The notes: generated by a model not told the origin, from the letters alone. A stretch of DNA of 64,000 nucleotides from an uncultured Parabacteroides sp. (GCA_944326775.1 CALVFH010000001.1:402-64401), one strand, 5' to 3'. Shown: positions 8,844 through 19,351, counted from the first letter of the stretch. Numbers and translations: made by a program.

Positions 8844-11327
8844 ATGAAAAAGAACTTATTTCCTCTTATGCTGTGCCTGCTTTTCCTGGTGGGAAAAGTC
8901 TGGGCTCAAACAAATCCCAGTGGGGATTTCTTAATCAAGGGCCAGGTTGTCGATTCGCTGACTTTAGAGACTGTACCTTATGCGACCCTCAGCATCGCCC
9001 TATCCAGCAACCCTCAAAAACCGTTGCAATTGCTCGCCTGCGACATCGACGGGAATTTCGAAGCCTCGCTAAAGGGGCCTGGAAAATACATCCTGTCCAT
9101 GCAATCCATTGGAAAGCGTCCGGCAAAGAAAACCTTCACGCTAACCCGCCAGAAACCCATGCTCAACTTAGGCAAACTCTACATGAGCGACGATATGCAG
9201 CAGTTGGGTGAAGTCACCGTCACTGCCCAGAAGCCTTTAGTGAAGGTAGAGATTGACAAGCTGACCTACAGCCTGCAAGACGACCCGGAATCGCAGACCA
9301 ACAACACGCTCGACATGCTCCGCAAAGTCCCGATGATTACCGTCGATGGAAACGACGAAATCCAGTTGAAAGGCTCGACCGACTTCAAGATTTACGTCAA
9401 CGGCAAACCCTCGAACATGCTGAACAACAACCCTGCCGACGTGCTGAAAAGTATGCCGGCAAGCTCCATCAAGGATATCGAAGTCATTACCGACCCGGGC
9501 GCCAAGTATGACGCGGAAGGCGTGGGCGGTATCATCAACATCATCACCACCAAGAACGCATTCGAAGGCTATACGGGAACCGTCCGTGCCAACGCCAGCA
9601 CACTGGGACGTTTCGGAGGAGGCGCCTACGTCTCCGCCAAGTTCGGAAAATTCGGGATTACCGCCAACTACAATTACAATTACGACAACGGTCCGTGGAG
9701 CGACTCCTATTCCACCCGCGAAGACTTTGCCACCGACTCGCGCAATGCGGGATTCCTCAACCAGCAGGGACGCAGCAAACGCCAAGGCCCGTTCCAGTTC
9801 GGCTATCTGGAAGGCAGCTACGAGATAGACTCGCTCAACCTGCTCACCGTCGGAGCCAACCTTTTCCGAGGCAAGGCCACCAACAAGACCGAGTATGGCG
9901 TGGAAATGTTCGACATCCTCAACGGCGAGCGCATCCCTGCCTATTCGTATGACCGCCACAGCCGTTCGACTTCCACCTTCGGTTCGACCGATATCAATGT
10001 AGATTTCCAGCATTCCACCCATAAAAAAGATGAACTCTTCACGTTCTCATACCGTTTCAGCCAATCGCCCAACGATAACGAGAGCTACACCGAGCTGCTC
10101 AACGTGGAAGATTACTATTTAGCCGAAGACTACCCGCAGTGGAACATCAACGACGCCGCAACCAACGAGCACACACTGCAAGTCGATTATACCACGCCTA
10201 CCTGGGAGAACCAATCCCTCGAAGTCGGCGCAAAATACATCTTCCGAGGCAGCAACAGTGAGACCGAGCAGCAATACTACCGCGATTCACTCCAGGCGTG
10301 GGAGACCATCTACGATGCCAACAGCGATTTCCACCACAACCAGCATATCTACTCCGCTTACGTAGGCTATTCCCTGAAGTTCGGCAAGCTTGGCATCAAA
10401 GCCGGCGTCCGGGGAGAGGGAACCTCGCTGAACGTCAAGTATGCCTTGGCTCCGGAAATGAACTTCAAGACCAGTTATTTCAACATCGTCCCGAACGGAA
10501 CCATCTCCTACCAGATTAATCCGGCCCAGCAGGTCCGCTTAGGCTACAACATGCGTATCCGCCGCCCGGGTATCCGTTTCTTGAATCCGTATGTGGATGA
10601 TACCGACCCGCTGAACATCTCCTACGGTAATCCGAACCTCGATGCCGAGAAGAGTCACAACATCCATTTTAACTACAGCCTGTTCAACCAGAAGTTCAAC
10701 ATGAACCTGAGTGCGAACTACCGCTTCAACAACAACTCCATAGAAGAATACACCTGGGTCAACGACCAAGGCGTATCGGAAACGACCTACGGGAATATCG
10801 GCAAGACCCACAATGCGGGCCTCTTCCTCTACGCCAGCTATACCCCCGTGCAGTTGCTGCGCATCTTCATGAACGGAGGAGTCAACTACGAGGATCTGAG
10901 CAGCGAGCAGACGGGCTTGAGCAACGACGGCTTCAGCGGACGAGTCTTCGCCGGGATGCAGTTTACTTTCCCCAAGGATTTCCGGGTCGATCTGAACGGC
11001 GGTTACTTCTCCCCACGCATCAGTTTGCAAGGACGGCGCTCGGCAATGTATTTCACCAGCATCTCGCTCAATAAAAGCTTCTTCCAAAAGAAGCTCACGG
11101 TCTCTCTTACCTGTAACAACCCATTCTGGAAGACAATCAAGACTGAAAGCAACACGGAAGACCCTACGTTTCGCATGAATTCAGTCAATTACATGAATGC
11201 ACGGGATTTTCGCATCAGCGTTTCCTATCGCTTCGGGGCACTCAAGGAAGCTGTCAAGAAAATCAGACGCGGCATCCAGAATGACGACATGATGGGAGGC
11301 GGGCAGAATGGCGGCGGCGCCATGTAA
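8844..11327 (+). CDS. TonB-dependent receptor / outer-membrane beta-barrel with N-terminal carboxypeptidase-regulatory-like domain
   Basis: Signal peptide, IKGQVVDS..VPYAT, LGEVTVTA, plug IKDIEVITDPGAKYDAEG, GNPNLDAE, terminal SYRFG. Confidence 0.88.
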   Translation: MKKNLFPLMLCLLFLVGKVWAQTNPSGDFLIKGQVVDSLTLETVPYATLSIALSSNPQKPLQLLACDIDGNFEASLKGPGKYILSMQSIGKRPAKKTFTLTRQKPMLNLGKLYMSDDMQQLGEVTVTAQKPLVKVEIDKLTYSLQDDPESQTNNTLDMLRKVPMITVDGNDEIQLKGSTDFKIYVNGKPSNMLNNNPADVLKSMPASSIKDIEVITDPGAKYDAEGVGGIINIITTKNAFEGYTGTVRANASTLGRFGGGAYVSAKFGKFGITANYNYNYDNGPWSDSYSTREDFATDSRNAGFLNQQGRSKRQGPFQFGYLEGSYEIDSLNLLTVGANLFRGKATNKTEYGVEMFDILNGERIPAYSYDRHSRSTSTFGSTDINVDFQHSTHKKDELFTFSYRFSQSPNDNESYTELLNVEDYYLAEDYPQWNINDAATNEHTLQVDYTTPTWENQSLEVGAKYIFRGSNSETEQQYYRDSLQAWETIYDANSDFHHNQHIYSAYVGYSLKFGKLGIKAGVRGEGTSLNVKYALAPEMNFKTSYFNIVPNGTISYQINPAQQVRLGYNMRIRRPGIRFLNPYVDDTDPLNISYGNPNLDAEKSHNIHFNYSLFNQKFNMNLSANYRFNNNSIEEYTWVNDQGVSETTYGNIGKTHNAGLFLYASYTPVQLLRIFMNGGVNYEDLSSEQTGLSNDGFSGRVFAGMQFTFPKDFRVDLNGGYFSPRISLQGRRSAMYFTSISLNKSFFQKKLTVSLTCNNPFWKTIKTESNTEDPTFRMNSVNYMNARDFRISVSYRFGALKEAVKKIRRGIQNDDMMGGGQNGGGAM

Positions 11328-11337
11328 GCGCGTCCGT

Positions 11338-11777
11338 TAATGCCGGCAACAACCTCCGCCAGCAGTCGCGGAACTTTTTTAGCACCGTCGGATACCTCCG
11401 ACAGCACTTACGGAGAATTTTTAGCATCGTCGGAGGCTCCGACAGCACTTCCAGAGAATTTTTAGCACTGGCGGAGGCTCCGACAGCACTTCCAGAGAAT
11501 TTTTAGCGCTGGCGGAGGCTCCGACAGCACTTCCGGAAGATTTTTAGTGCTGTCGTAGGCATACAACAGCACTCCCGGAGAATTTTTAGTGCTAGCGTAG
11601 GCATACAACAGCACTCCCGGAAAATTTTTAGCACTATTGTAGGCATACATCAGCACTCCCGGAGAATTTTTAGTGCTATTGTATGCTTACATCAGTGCTC
11701 CCGGAGAATTTTTAGTGCTATTGTAAGCATACATCAGCACTCCCGGAAAATTTTTAGCCTTGGCGACGCCCTGCAGC
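11338..11777. repeat. Intergenic tandem array of about 10 imperfect 41-42 bp palindromic units
   Basis: Units begin at 11361, 11403, 11444, 11485, 11526, 11568, 11610, 11652, 11694, 11736; consensus AGCACTYCCGGARAATTTTTAGYRCT followed by a hairpin. Confidence 0.95.
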
Positions 11778-11855
11778 AAGGCAGTATTGTTTCCTTTATA
11801 GACCTTAAATGTTTCCTTTTAATAAAAGGGTATTCCGCGAAACCTGAAAGAATGA

Positions 11856-11863
11856 TACTTTTG
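11856..11863 (+). promoter_or_regulatory. -7 promoter element (TACTTTTG) for the GH3 gene
   Basis: TAnnTTTG match about 25 nt before the ORF. Confidence 0.6.
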
Positions 11864-11888
11864 CGTACCTGAAAAATATAAACACACG

Positions 11889-14246
11889 ATGTATATGAGA
11901 AACATGAAAAACTTGGCGCTTGCCGCAGTCCTCTCTGCCGGCGTCTGCCTTGGAGCTTCGGCCCAGCAGAAAGTGGCGCCCGCTATCCCTTCCGATCCGG
12001 AAATAGAAGCCAACATCCAGCAATGGTTGAAGAAGATGACGCTGGAAGAAAAGATTGGGCAGATGTGTGAAATCACTGTAGATGTCATTACAGACTTCCC
12101 GGGGAGCAAAGACGGCTTCAAACTGAACGAGGCAATGCTCGATACCGTCATCGGACAGTATAAAGTAGGTTCTATCCTCAACGTTCCCCTCAGCGTGGCC
12201 CAGAAAAAAGAAGTTTGGGCCAAATCCATCAAGCAGATTCAGGATATTTCGATGAAGGAAATCGGAATCCCGTGTATCTACGGCGTTGACCAGATTCATG
12301 GAACGACCTACACGCAAGATGGCACGATGTTCCCGCAAGGGGTAAACATGGCGGCGACATTCAACCGCGACCTCGTGAAGCGTGGTGCCGAAATCTCGGC
12401 CTACGAGACCCGTGCTTCCAACATTCCATGGAGCTATGCCCCTGTGCTCGACCTTGGCCGCGACCCGCGCTGGCCGCGCATGTGGGAAAACTACGGAGAA
12501 GATGCCTATGTAAACGCAGAGATGGGTGTGGCTGCCGTGAAAGGTTTCCAGGGCGACGACCCGAACCATATCGGACCGAATCACGTGGCTACGAGCTTGA
12601 AACATTATATGGGTTACGGGGTTCCCGTGACGGGGCGCGACCGTACGCCGTCGTCAATATCCCGCAGCGACTTGCGCGAGAAGCATTTTGCCCCGCATTT
12701 GGCAGCTATCAAGGCTGGCGCCCTGAGCGTGATGGTCAATTCGGGTGTAGATAACGGCATGCCTTTCCACGCAAACAAGGAATTGCTGACCGGATGGCTG
12801 AAGGAAGACTTGAACTGGGATGGTCTGATTGTAACGGACTGGGCGGACATCAACAACCTCTGTGTGCGCGACCATATTGCCGCCACGAAGAAAGAAGCTA
12901 TCAAGATTGCCATCAACGCCGGCATCGACATGTCGATGGTACCCTACGAGGTGAGCTTCTGCGACTACTTGAAGGAGCTTGTCAATGAAGGGGAAGTCCC
13001 CATGAGCCGTATCGACGACGCCGTGGCCCGTGTCTTGCGCTTGAAATACCGCCTGGGACTTTTCGATACCCCCAACACTGACCCGAAAGATTACCCGAAG
13101 TTCGGCTGCGACGAATTTGCCAAAGCAGCGCTCCAGGCAGCCGAAGAATCGGAAGTTTTGCTGAAGAACGACGGTATCCTTCCGCTGAAGAAGGGTGTAA
13201 AGATCCTGGTAACCGGTCCTAATGGCAACACGATGCGTGGATTGAACGGTGGCTGGTCTTATTCATGGCAGGGCGACCGTGCCGACGAGCTTGCTACGGC
13301 TTATAATACCATCTACGAGGCGCTGGCCAACAAGTTCGGAGCTTCTAATGTGACGTACGAACCGGGGGTTACCTATAAAACCGGCAATCCGTTCGTGGTA
13401 CACTATTGGGAAGAGAATGCCCCGGAAATTGACAAGGCGGTGAAGGCTGCTGCCTCGGCTGATGTGATTGTGGCATGCATCGGAGAGAACTCATACTGCG
13501 AAACTCCGGGAAATCTGACCGACCTGTCGCTCTCGGAAAACCAGCGCAAACTGGTGGAAGAGCTGGCAAAGACCGGAAAGCCGATTGTCATGATTCTGAA
13601 TCAGGGACGCCCGCGCTTGATTAACCCGATAGAGCCGCTGGCAAAGGCAATCGTGAACGTGATGCTGCCTGGAAATTACGGGGGCGACGCGCTGGCGAAT
13701 CTGTTGGCGGGCGACGCGAACTTTAGTGGCAAGATGCCGTTCACGTATCCCAAATATCCGCACCTGCTGACGGTGTATGACTATAAGCCGTGCGAGAACA
13801 TGGGCCAGATGGGCGGAAACTACAACTACGACGCGGTTATGGATGTTCAGTGGCCGTTCGGCTATGGTTTGAGCTATACTACCTATAAATATAGCAACCT
13901 GAAAGTGGACAAGACTTCCTTTAACGCCGACGATGTTCTGACGTTTACGGTCGATGTAACCAATACGGGCAAGGTAGCCGGCAAAGAAAGCGTGCTTCTC
14001 TTTACCAAGGATATGGTAGCCAGCAGCACACCGGATAATATCCGCTTGCGCAACTTCACGAAGGTCGAACTCCAGCCGGGCGAGACCAAGACGGTGACTT
14101 TGAAGATTAAAGGGAGCGACCTTGCGTTCGTAAATTATTACGGGAAATGGACACTCGAGGAAGGTGACTTCAAAGCGAAGTGCGGAGACCAGTGGATCGA
14201 CTTCCAGTGCAACCAAACGAAAGTCTGGGATACTCCCAACCGATAA
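11889..14246 (+). CDS. Periplasmic GH3 beta-glucosidase (BglX-like)
   Basis: Signal peptide, [35 protein letters not shown] nucleophile region, PFGYGLSYT, Fn3-like C-terminus; start may be 11895 or 11904. Confidence 0.93.
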   Translation: MYMRNMKNLALAAVLSAGVCLGASAQQKVAPAIPSDPEIEANIQQWLKKMTLEEKIGQMCEITVDVITDFPGSKDGFKLNEAMLDTVIGQYKVGSILNVPLSVAQKKEVWAKSIKQIQDISMKEIGIPCIYGVDQIHGTTYTQDGTMFPQGVNMAATFNRDLVKRGAEISAYETRASNIPWSYAPVLDLGRDPRWPRMWENYGEDAYVNAEMGVAAVKGFQGDDPNHIGPNHVATSLKHYMGYGVPVTGRDRTPSSISRSDLREKHFAPHLAAIKAGALSVMVNSGVDNGMPFHANKELLTGWLKEDLNWDGLIVTDWADINNLCVRDHIAATKKEAIKIAINAGIDMSMVPYEVSFCDYLKELVNEGEVPMSRIDDAVARVLRLKYRLGLFDTPNTDPKDYPKFGCDEFAKAALQAAEESEVLLKNDGILPLKKGVKILVTGPNGNTMRGLNGGWSYSWQGDRADELATAYNTIYEALANKFGASNVTYEPGVTYKTGNPFVVHYWEENAPEIDKAVKAAASADVIVACIGENSYCETPGNLTDLSLSENQRKLVEELAKTGKPIVMILNQGRPRLINPIEPLAKAIVNVMLPGNYGGDALANLLAGDANFSGKMPFTYPKYPHLLTVYDYKPCENMGQMGGNYNYDAVMDVQWPFGYGLSYTTYKYSNLKVDKTSFNADDVLTFTVDVTNTGKVAGKESVLLFTKDMVASSTPDNIRLRNFTKVELQPGETKTVTLKIKGSDLAFVNYYGKWTLEEGDFKAKCGDQWIDFQCNQTKVWDTPNR

Positions 14247-14286
14247 AACAAGTTTTCCATTATAACAAACTCTCCTTTTTTAGAAG

Positions 14287-14316
14287 GCTTCCCGAGATAA
14301 TCGGGAAGCTTTTTTT
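14287..14316 (+). terminator. Intrinsic terminator after the GH3 gene
   Basis: gcttcccga-gataa-tcgggaagc followed by T7. Confidence 0.85.
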
Positions 14317-14328
14317 ATCTTTGCCCAC

Positions 14329-15177
14329 ATGCTATCGTTGAAATCGTATATTGACAAGCGGCTGGCGGGTGTTTATCCGCCTCGCGAACGCCAGGCATTG
14401 TCGCGCATTCTGGCGGACGAGGTTTGCCACGTTCCTTTCCACCGATTGTTACTCGACGACGTGTCTTCTTTGCCGGAAGAAGGGAGGAAACGGCTGGACG
14501 GCGTGCTCGACCGGCTTTCCGGAGGGGAACCTGTCCAATATATCTTGGGAGAAACGTTTTTCCATGGCTTGCGGATACGGGTGGCGCCCGGTGTCCTGAT
14601 TCCGCGCCCGGAAACGGAGGAGCTGGTGGACTGGCTTATCCGCGATTTACCGGACGGAGAGCTTCGGTTGATGGATGTAGGAACGGGGAGCGGCTGCATT
14701 GCCTTGGCGCTGGCGGCATCCCGGACTTCGGCAAAGGTCTGGGGCGTCGATGTTTCTCCTGACGCGCTCCGGATTGCCCGGAACAACGGAGTGGAGCTGG
14801 GTATCCCGGTAGAATGGAAGAAAACCGACATCCTCGACAAAAGCCAATGGGCAGATTTACCGGCAGACTTGGATTGCATCGTAAGTAATCCGCCTTATAT
14901 TCTGGAAAAGGAGCGGGTCACCATGGAGCGAAATGTGCTGGAACATGAGCCGGCCTTGGCATTGTTCGTTCCCGATAACGATCCGCTGCGGTTCTATCGC
15001 GCCATCGCTCGGTTTGCCCGGAAACATCTGCGCAACAAGGGATGGCTCTATTTTGAAATCAACGAGCGATGCGGAAAGGAGATGCAAACGATGCTTGCCG
15101 AAGAGGGATTAGGCAACATCTGCCTCCAAAAAGACAGTTACGGAAAAGACCGAATGATAAAAGCACAACAACTATGA
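14329..15177 (+). CDS. prmC: Release factor glutamine methyltransferase
   Basis: GEPVQYILG, VLIPRPETEELV, DVGTGSG, SNPPY. Confidence 0.95.
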   Translation: MLSLKSYIDKRLAGVYPPRERQALSRILADEVCHVPFHRLLLDDVSSLPEEGRKRLDGVLDRLSGGEPVQYILGETFFHGLRIRVAPGVLIPRPETEELVDWLIRDLPDGELRLMDVGTGSGCIALALAASRTSAKVWGVDVSPDALRIARNNGVELGIPVEWKKTDILDKSQWADLPADLDCIVSNPPYILEKERVTMERNVLEHEPALALFVPDNDPLRFYRAIARFARKHLRNKGWLYFEINERCGKEMQTMLAEEGLGNICLQKDSYGKDRMIKAQQL

Positions 15178-15665
15178 AAGAAATCAGCGAAACAGAAATG
15201 TACCGCAAGGCCGCCGGCTATTGCGCGGAAGCAGAACGCTGCATCCAGGATGTGGCGAAGAAAATAGAACGGGCAGGACTCTCTCCCGAGGCTGCCGAAC
15301 GGATTATAGCCCGCCTGCTACACGAGGGGTTTATCAATGAAACGCGTTACTGCCGTTCTTTCGTCAACGACAAACTGCGTTTCAACAAATGGGGACGCAT
15401 CCGCATCGGAGCGGAACTGAGAAAGAAAGGTGTCGCCGCTGCCGCAAGCGAACCGGCCTTGCAGGATATCGATGAAACGGAATACAGACAGATTCTCTTC
15501 CAGCTTTTAAAGGCAAAAAAACAGACGACGAAAGGAAAAGACGAACGGGACTGCTATTACAAATTGCTTCGCTTCGCGGCCGGACGCGGTTTCGAACCTT
15601 CCTTAGCGGGGAAATGCCTGCGCGACTTATTTAACGGGAATGATTATGACGACGTTGTGGACTGA
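15174..15665 (+). CDS. recX: Regulatory protein RecX
   Basis: YCAEAERC, GFINETRY, NKWGRIRI, GRGF; ATG at 15174 overlaps the prmC stop. Confidence 0.88.
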   Translation: MKEISETEMYRKAAGYCAEAERCIQDVAKKIERAGLSPEAAERIIARLLHEGFINETRYCRSFVNDKLRFNKWGRIRIGAELRKKGVAAAASEPALQDIDETEYRQILFQLLKAKKQTTKGKDERDCYYKLLRFAAGRGFEPSLAGKCLRDLFNGNDYDDVVD

Positions 15666-16329
15666 CCTGCTGCGGTTGTTCTTCCCGAAGCCTTGCTGTA
15701 TCTGCGGACGGCGATTGGGTGCAGAAGAAAAGGAGTTCTGCTTCGAATGTGCCAGCCAGTTTTCCCGCACGGACGACGATAAGCATCCGAACCGGACAGA
15801 AGAGTTGTTCATCGGCCTCCCCGGCATCAAATCAGCATACGCGCTGTTTACCTACAAGAAGGGAGACCATGTGCAACGTCTTATCCATGCACTAAAATAC
15901 CATGACCGGCCGAAGATAGGTTACTGGCTGGGGAAAATGGCGGCGGAAGAGTTGAAAAAGAGCGACAGCCCGTTGCTACAGGCGGAAGTGATTGTTCCCG
16001 TACCACTCCATCCGGCCCGGATGCGTTCACGCGGCTACAACCAATCCGAATGGATAGCCCGCGGATTCTCAGAAGTCTGGAATATCCCCATCGACACCCG
16101 AAGCCTGATCCGTATTCACAATAATACCTCGCAGACCAAGCATTCCGCAACCGAGCGATGGCTGAATACATCGGAGATATTCAGCCTGGCCCGTCCAGAT
16201 ACGGCCGGTAAACATATTCTGCTCATCGACGATGTCATCACGACCGGCTCGACGTTAACCCATTGTGCCGAAATACTCTTGCAGCAAGCAGATACACAAG
16301 TGAGCATTTTCGCTCTTGCCCGAGTCTGA
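15646..16329 (+). CDS. comF: ComF family protein (zinc finger plus PRTase domain)
   Basis: CCICG..CFEC, VPVPLH..RGYNQ, LLIDDVITTGST. Confidence 0.88.
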   Translation: MTTLWTDLLRLFFPKPCCICGRRLGAEEKEFCFECASQFSRTDDDKHPNRTEELFIGLPGIKSAYALFTYKKGDHVQRLIHALKYHDRPKIGYWLGKMAAEELKKSDSPLLQAEVIVPVPLHPARMRSRGYNQSEWIARGFSEVWNIPIDTRSLIRIHNNTSQTKHSATERWLNTSEIFSLARPDTAGKHILLIDDVITTGSTLTHCAEILLQQADTQVSIFALARV

Positions 16330-16416
16330 TAATAAATCGAAATTAATCCTTGCAGATACCGATTATATCCCTTAGTTTCGTTATTTTTGCAGGACAATAA
16401 ATATATTGAGGATTTT

Positions 16417-17055
16417 ATGAAAACACTGGAAAGATTAGTAGCAGAAAAATTACTAAAAATTAAAGCGGTTAAATTACAACCAGCCAATCCGTTTACTTGG
16501 GCATCGGGTTGGAAGTCCCCAATTTACAACGACAATCGTAAGACATTATCCTATCCGGAAGTCCGTAATTTCATCAAGCTGGAAATTGCCCGTACCATCA
16601 GCGAAAAATATGAAAATGCAGATGCGATTGCCGGCGTGGCAACGGGTGCTATTGCTCATGGAGCATTAGTGGCCGACTTATTGGGTTTACCTTTTGTGTA
16701 TATCCGTTCAACTCCCAAAGACCACGGTCTGGAGAATCTGATTGAAGGCGAATTGAAGCCGGGTTCGAAAGTAGTCATTGTAGAAGACTTGGTATCTACC
16801 GGTGGCAGCAGTCTGAAAGCCGTACAAGCGGTACGTAACTTTGGTTGCGACGTTATCGGCATGGTTGCAATCTTCACCTATGGATTCCCCGTTGCTGTAC
16901 AGGCTTTCAAAGAGGCAAAAGTAACCCTGACAACATTGAGCAACTACGATGCTGTCGTAGAAGAAGCTGTGCGGACCGATTATATCGACGAATCAGAAAT
17001 TGCAGTACTTCAGGAATGGAGAAAAGACCCAGCTGCCTGGGATCCGAACAAATAA
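16417..17055 (+). CDS. pyrE: Orotate phosphoribosyltransferase
   Basis: FTWASGWKSPIY, VVIVEDLVSTGGS; TATTTTTG at 16382-16389 supports the start at MKTLER. Confidence 0.96.
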   Translation: MKTLERLVAEKLLKIKAVKLQPANPFTWASGWKSPIYNDNRKTLSYPEVRNFIKLEIARTISEKYENADAIAGVATGAIAHGALVADLLGLPFVYIRSTPKDHGLENLIEGELKPGSKVVIVEDLVSTGGSSLKAVQAVRNFGCDVIGMVAIFTYGFPVAVQAFKEAKVTLTTLSNYDAVVEEAVRTDYIDESEIAVLQEWRKDPAAWDPNK

Positions 17056-17081
17056 ACACAAACCTATATTAGAAAAATTGA

Positions 17082-17492
17082 ATGACTGAATTTGTTAGTG
17101 AGATAAAAGCTATCCCACAAAACGAGGACCGTATCTTTGCGATGCTGTCTGATCTTTCCAATTTGGAGCGAGTAAAAGACCGCATTCCTCAAGATAAAAT
17201 AAAAAACTTCGAGTTTGACAGCGATTCTTGCAGTTTCGCTGTCAATCCCGTAGGCAAAATAACCTTCCAGATTGTAGAGCGCGAACCAAACAAGACCATC
17301 AAGTTCACCACGACCAAATCGCCCGTGCCTTTGCTCTTGTGGATTCAGCTCAAGCAAGTAGCCGAAATGGATACCCGCATGAGACTGACCGTCCGCGCAG
17401 AACTTAATCCTTTCATTCAGCAAATGGTGTCAAAGCCCTTGCAAGAAGCTTTGGATAAAATTGCTACGGTATTGGCATCCTTACCTTATTGA
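17082..17492 (+). CDS. SRPBCC-family protein
   Basis: 136 aa; pattern and pyrE-argH position typical of Bacteroidales. Confidence 0.65.
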   Translation: MTEFVSEIKAIPQNEDRIFAMLSDLSNLERVKDRIPQDKIKNFEFDSDSCSFAVNPVGKITFQIVEREPNKTIKFTTTKSPVPLLLWIQLKQVAEMDTRMRLTVRAELNPFIQQMVSKPLQEALDKIATVLASLPY

Positions 17493-17505
17493 GAAATACA
17501 TAATC

Positions 17506-18852
17506 ATGGCGCAGAAACTTTGGGAAAAGAACGTACAAGTGGACCACGAAGTAGATGTGTTCACCGTAGGTAAAGACCGGGAAATGGATCTTTATCTGGC
17601 TAAATATGATGTTTTGGGATCGATGGCCCATATTACCATGCTGGAAAGCATCGGCCTCCTCTCCGCTTCCGAACTGAAAACACTGCTGGCGGAATTGCGG
17701 AATATCTATGCCATTGCCGACCGTGGCGAGTTCGTTATCGAAGATGGCATAGAAGATGTTCACTCGCAAGTCGAACTGATGCTGACCCGCAAATTGGGCG
17801 ACATGGGGAAAAAGATCCATAGCGGCCGCTCACGCAACGACCAGGTGCTGGTTGACCTGAAACTATTCACCCGAGCACAAATCCAACGACTGGTTTCGCT
17901 GACAACCGATCTATTCCATGTCTTGCAAGAACAGAGCGAACGCTACAAACACATCTTAATGCCAGGCTATACGCATCTGCAGATTGCTATGCCGTCATCA
18001 TTCGGTCTTTGGTTCGGAGCATACGCCGAAAGCTTGGTTGACGACCTTCAAGTCATGCAAGCCGCGTACAAAGTATGCAACCGCAATCCGTTAGGCTCGG
18101 CTGCCGGATATGGTTCTTCGTTCCCGCTCAACCGGCAGATGACGACCGACCTTTTGGGATTCGACTCAATGGACTATAATGTAGTCTATGCCCAGATGGG
18201 ACGCGGAAAGATGGAACGCACCGTATCGTTTGCCCTTGCCTGCATTGCCGGAACGCTGTCGAAGCTGGCTTTCGACGCCTGCCTTTTCAACAGCCAGAAC
18301 TTCGGATTCATCAAATTACCCGACCAGTTCACCACCGGTTCGAGTATCATGCCGCACAAGAAGAACCCGGATGTTTTTGAACTGACACGCGCCAAATGCA
18401 ACAAGATACAAGGACTGCCCAACCAAATCACCCTGATATGTAATAACCTCCCATCAGGATACTTCCGCGACTTGCAGATTATCAAGGAAGTCTTCCTCCC
18501 GGCATTCGACGAACTGGCCGATTGCCTGCGGATGGTTACGCACATGGCCCGCGAAATAAAAGTCAACGAACATATCCTCGACGACGACAAATACGCCCTC
18601 ATCTTCAGTGTAGAAGAAGTGAACCGCTTGGTCTTAGAAGGCGTACCGTTCCGGGATGCCTACAAACAAGTAGGTCTCCGCATCGAAGCCGGGCAATTCG
18701 TACCGCAGAAAACCGTGTCGCATACCCACGAAGGCAGCATCGGCAACCTTTGCACCGAGCAAATCGCCCTGCTGATGCAACGCATTATCGAGGGCTTCGG
18801 TTTCGAGCGGGCAAACCAGGCAGAACAAAAACTCTTAAATACAGCCCAATGA
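17506..18852 (+). CDS. argH: Argininosuccinate lyase
   Basis: HSGRSRNDQV, MPGYTHLQ, GSSIMPHKKNPD signature. Confidence 0.97.
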   Translation: MAQKLWEKNVQVDHEVDVFTVGKDREMDLYLAKYDVLGSMAHITMLESIGLLSASELKTLLAELRNIYAIADRGEFVIEDGIEDVHSQVELMLTRKLGDMGKKIHSGRSRNDQVLVDLKLFTRAQIQRLVSLTTDLFHVLQEQSERYKHILMPGYTHLQIAMPSSFGLWFGAYAESLVDDLQVMQAAYKVCNRNPLGSAAGYGSSFPLNRQMTTDLLGFDSMDYNVVYAQMGRGKMERTVSFALACIAGTLSKLAFDACLFNSQNFGFIKLPDQFTTGSSIMPHKKNPDVFELTRAKCNKIQGLPNQITLICNNLPSGYFRDLQIIKEVFLPAFDELADCLRMVTHMAREIKVNEHILDDDKYALIFSVEEVNRLVLEGVPFRDAYKQVGLRIEAGQFVPQKTVSHTHEGSIGNLCTEQIALLMQRIIEGFGFERANQAEQKLLNTAQ

Positions 18853-19304
18853 AACGTATCTTTTTCTCGCTCCTCACGCTGGTTTTGCTCAGTTGCAACA
18901 GCACTTTCGATAGCAGTGTACCCGACTGGCCTGTTTACCTCGAACTCGATTTGACCTACGAAGACCGAGCCTTGAAAGCCATACAAGCCTATAAGATTTA
19001 CACACCTGCCAATGTCAACCAAGCTACCGAGAAAACCGGTTTCGGAGGAGTTTTGGTCTATCACGGATTAAGCAGCACAGGCACCGACGCCTACTATGCT
19101 TTCGACGTAGCCTGCCCGGTAGAACACCAAGCCAACGTCCGCGTAGAAGTCGATGCCGATGCGATTTACGCCATCTGCCCCAAATGTGGAAGCAAATATG
19201 AACTGCTCAACGGTATTGGCAACCCGGTAGAAGGGCCGGCAACAGAAACGCTTAAGCAATACTATGTGGACCAGCAAGGCGAAAAACTTTATATCCGCTA
19301 TTAA
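18849..19304 (+). CDS. Lipoprotein with Rieske-like domain
   Basis: Start MKRIFFSLLTLVLLSC (lipobox); AFDVACPVEH and CPKCGSKY boxes. Confidence 0.7.
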   Translation: MKRIFFSLLTLVLLSCNSTFDSSVPDWPVYLELDLTYEDRALKAIQAYKIYTPANVNQATEKTGFGGVLVYHGLSSTGTDAYYAFDVACPVEHQANVRVEVDADAIYAICPKCGSKYELLNGIGNPVEGPATETLKQYYVDQQGEKLYIRY

Positions 19305-19320
19305 TTTTCTATAGCAAAAA

Positions 19321-19351
19321 TTTGGCGGTTACAAAAAATGACGTACCTTTG
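19321..19351 (+). promoter_or_regulatory. Bacteroidetes housekeeping promoter for the tRNA operon
   Basis: TTTG (19321-19324), 19-nt spacer, TACCTTTG (19344-19351). Confidence 0.8.

Noticed and set aside
11225-11656. Short minus-strand ORFs (MLSEPPT.., MLMYAYNS..)
   Set aside because: They are translations of the repeat array; the 41-bp units break the frame, arguing against a protein repeat.
11361-11777. CRISPR array
   Set aside because: The variable parts are short, related to each other and palindromic rather than unique spacers; no cas genes in the window.
8844-14246. Classical polysaccharide utilisation locus
   Set aside because: The receptor lacks SusC hallmarks, there is no susD or regulator, and the GH3 gene has its own promoter.
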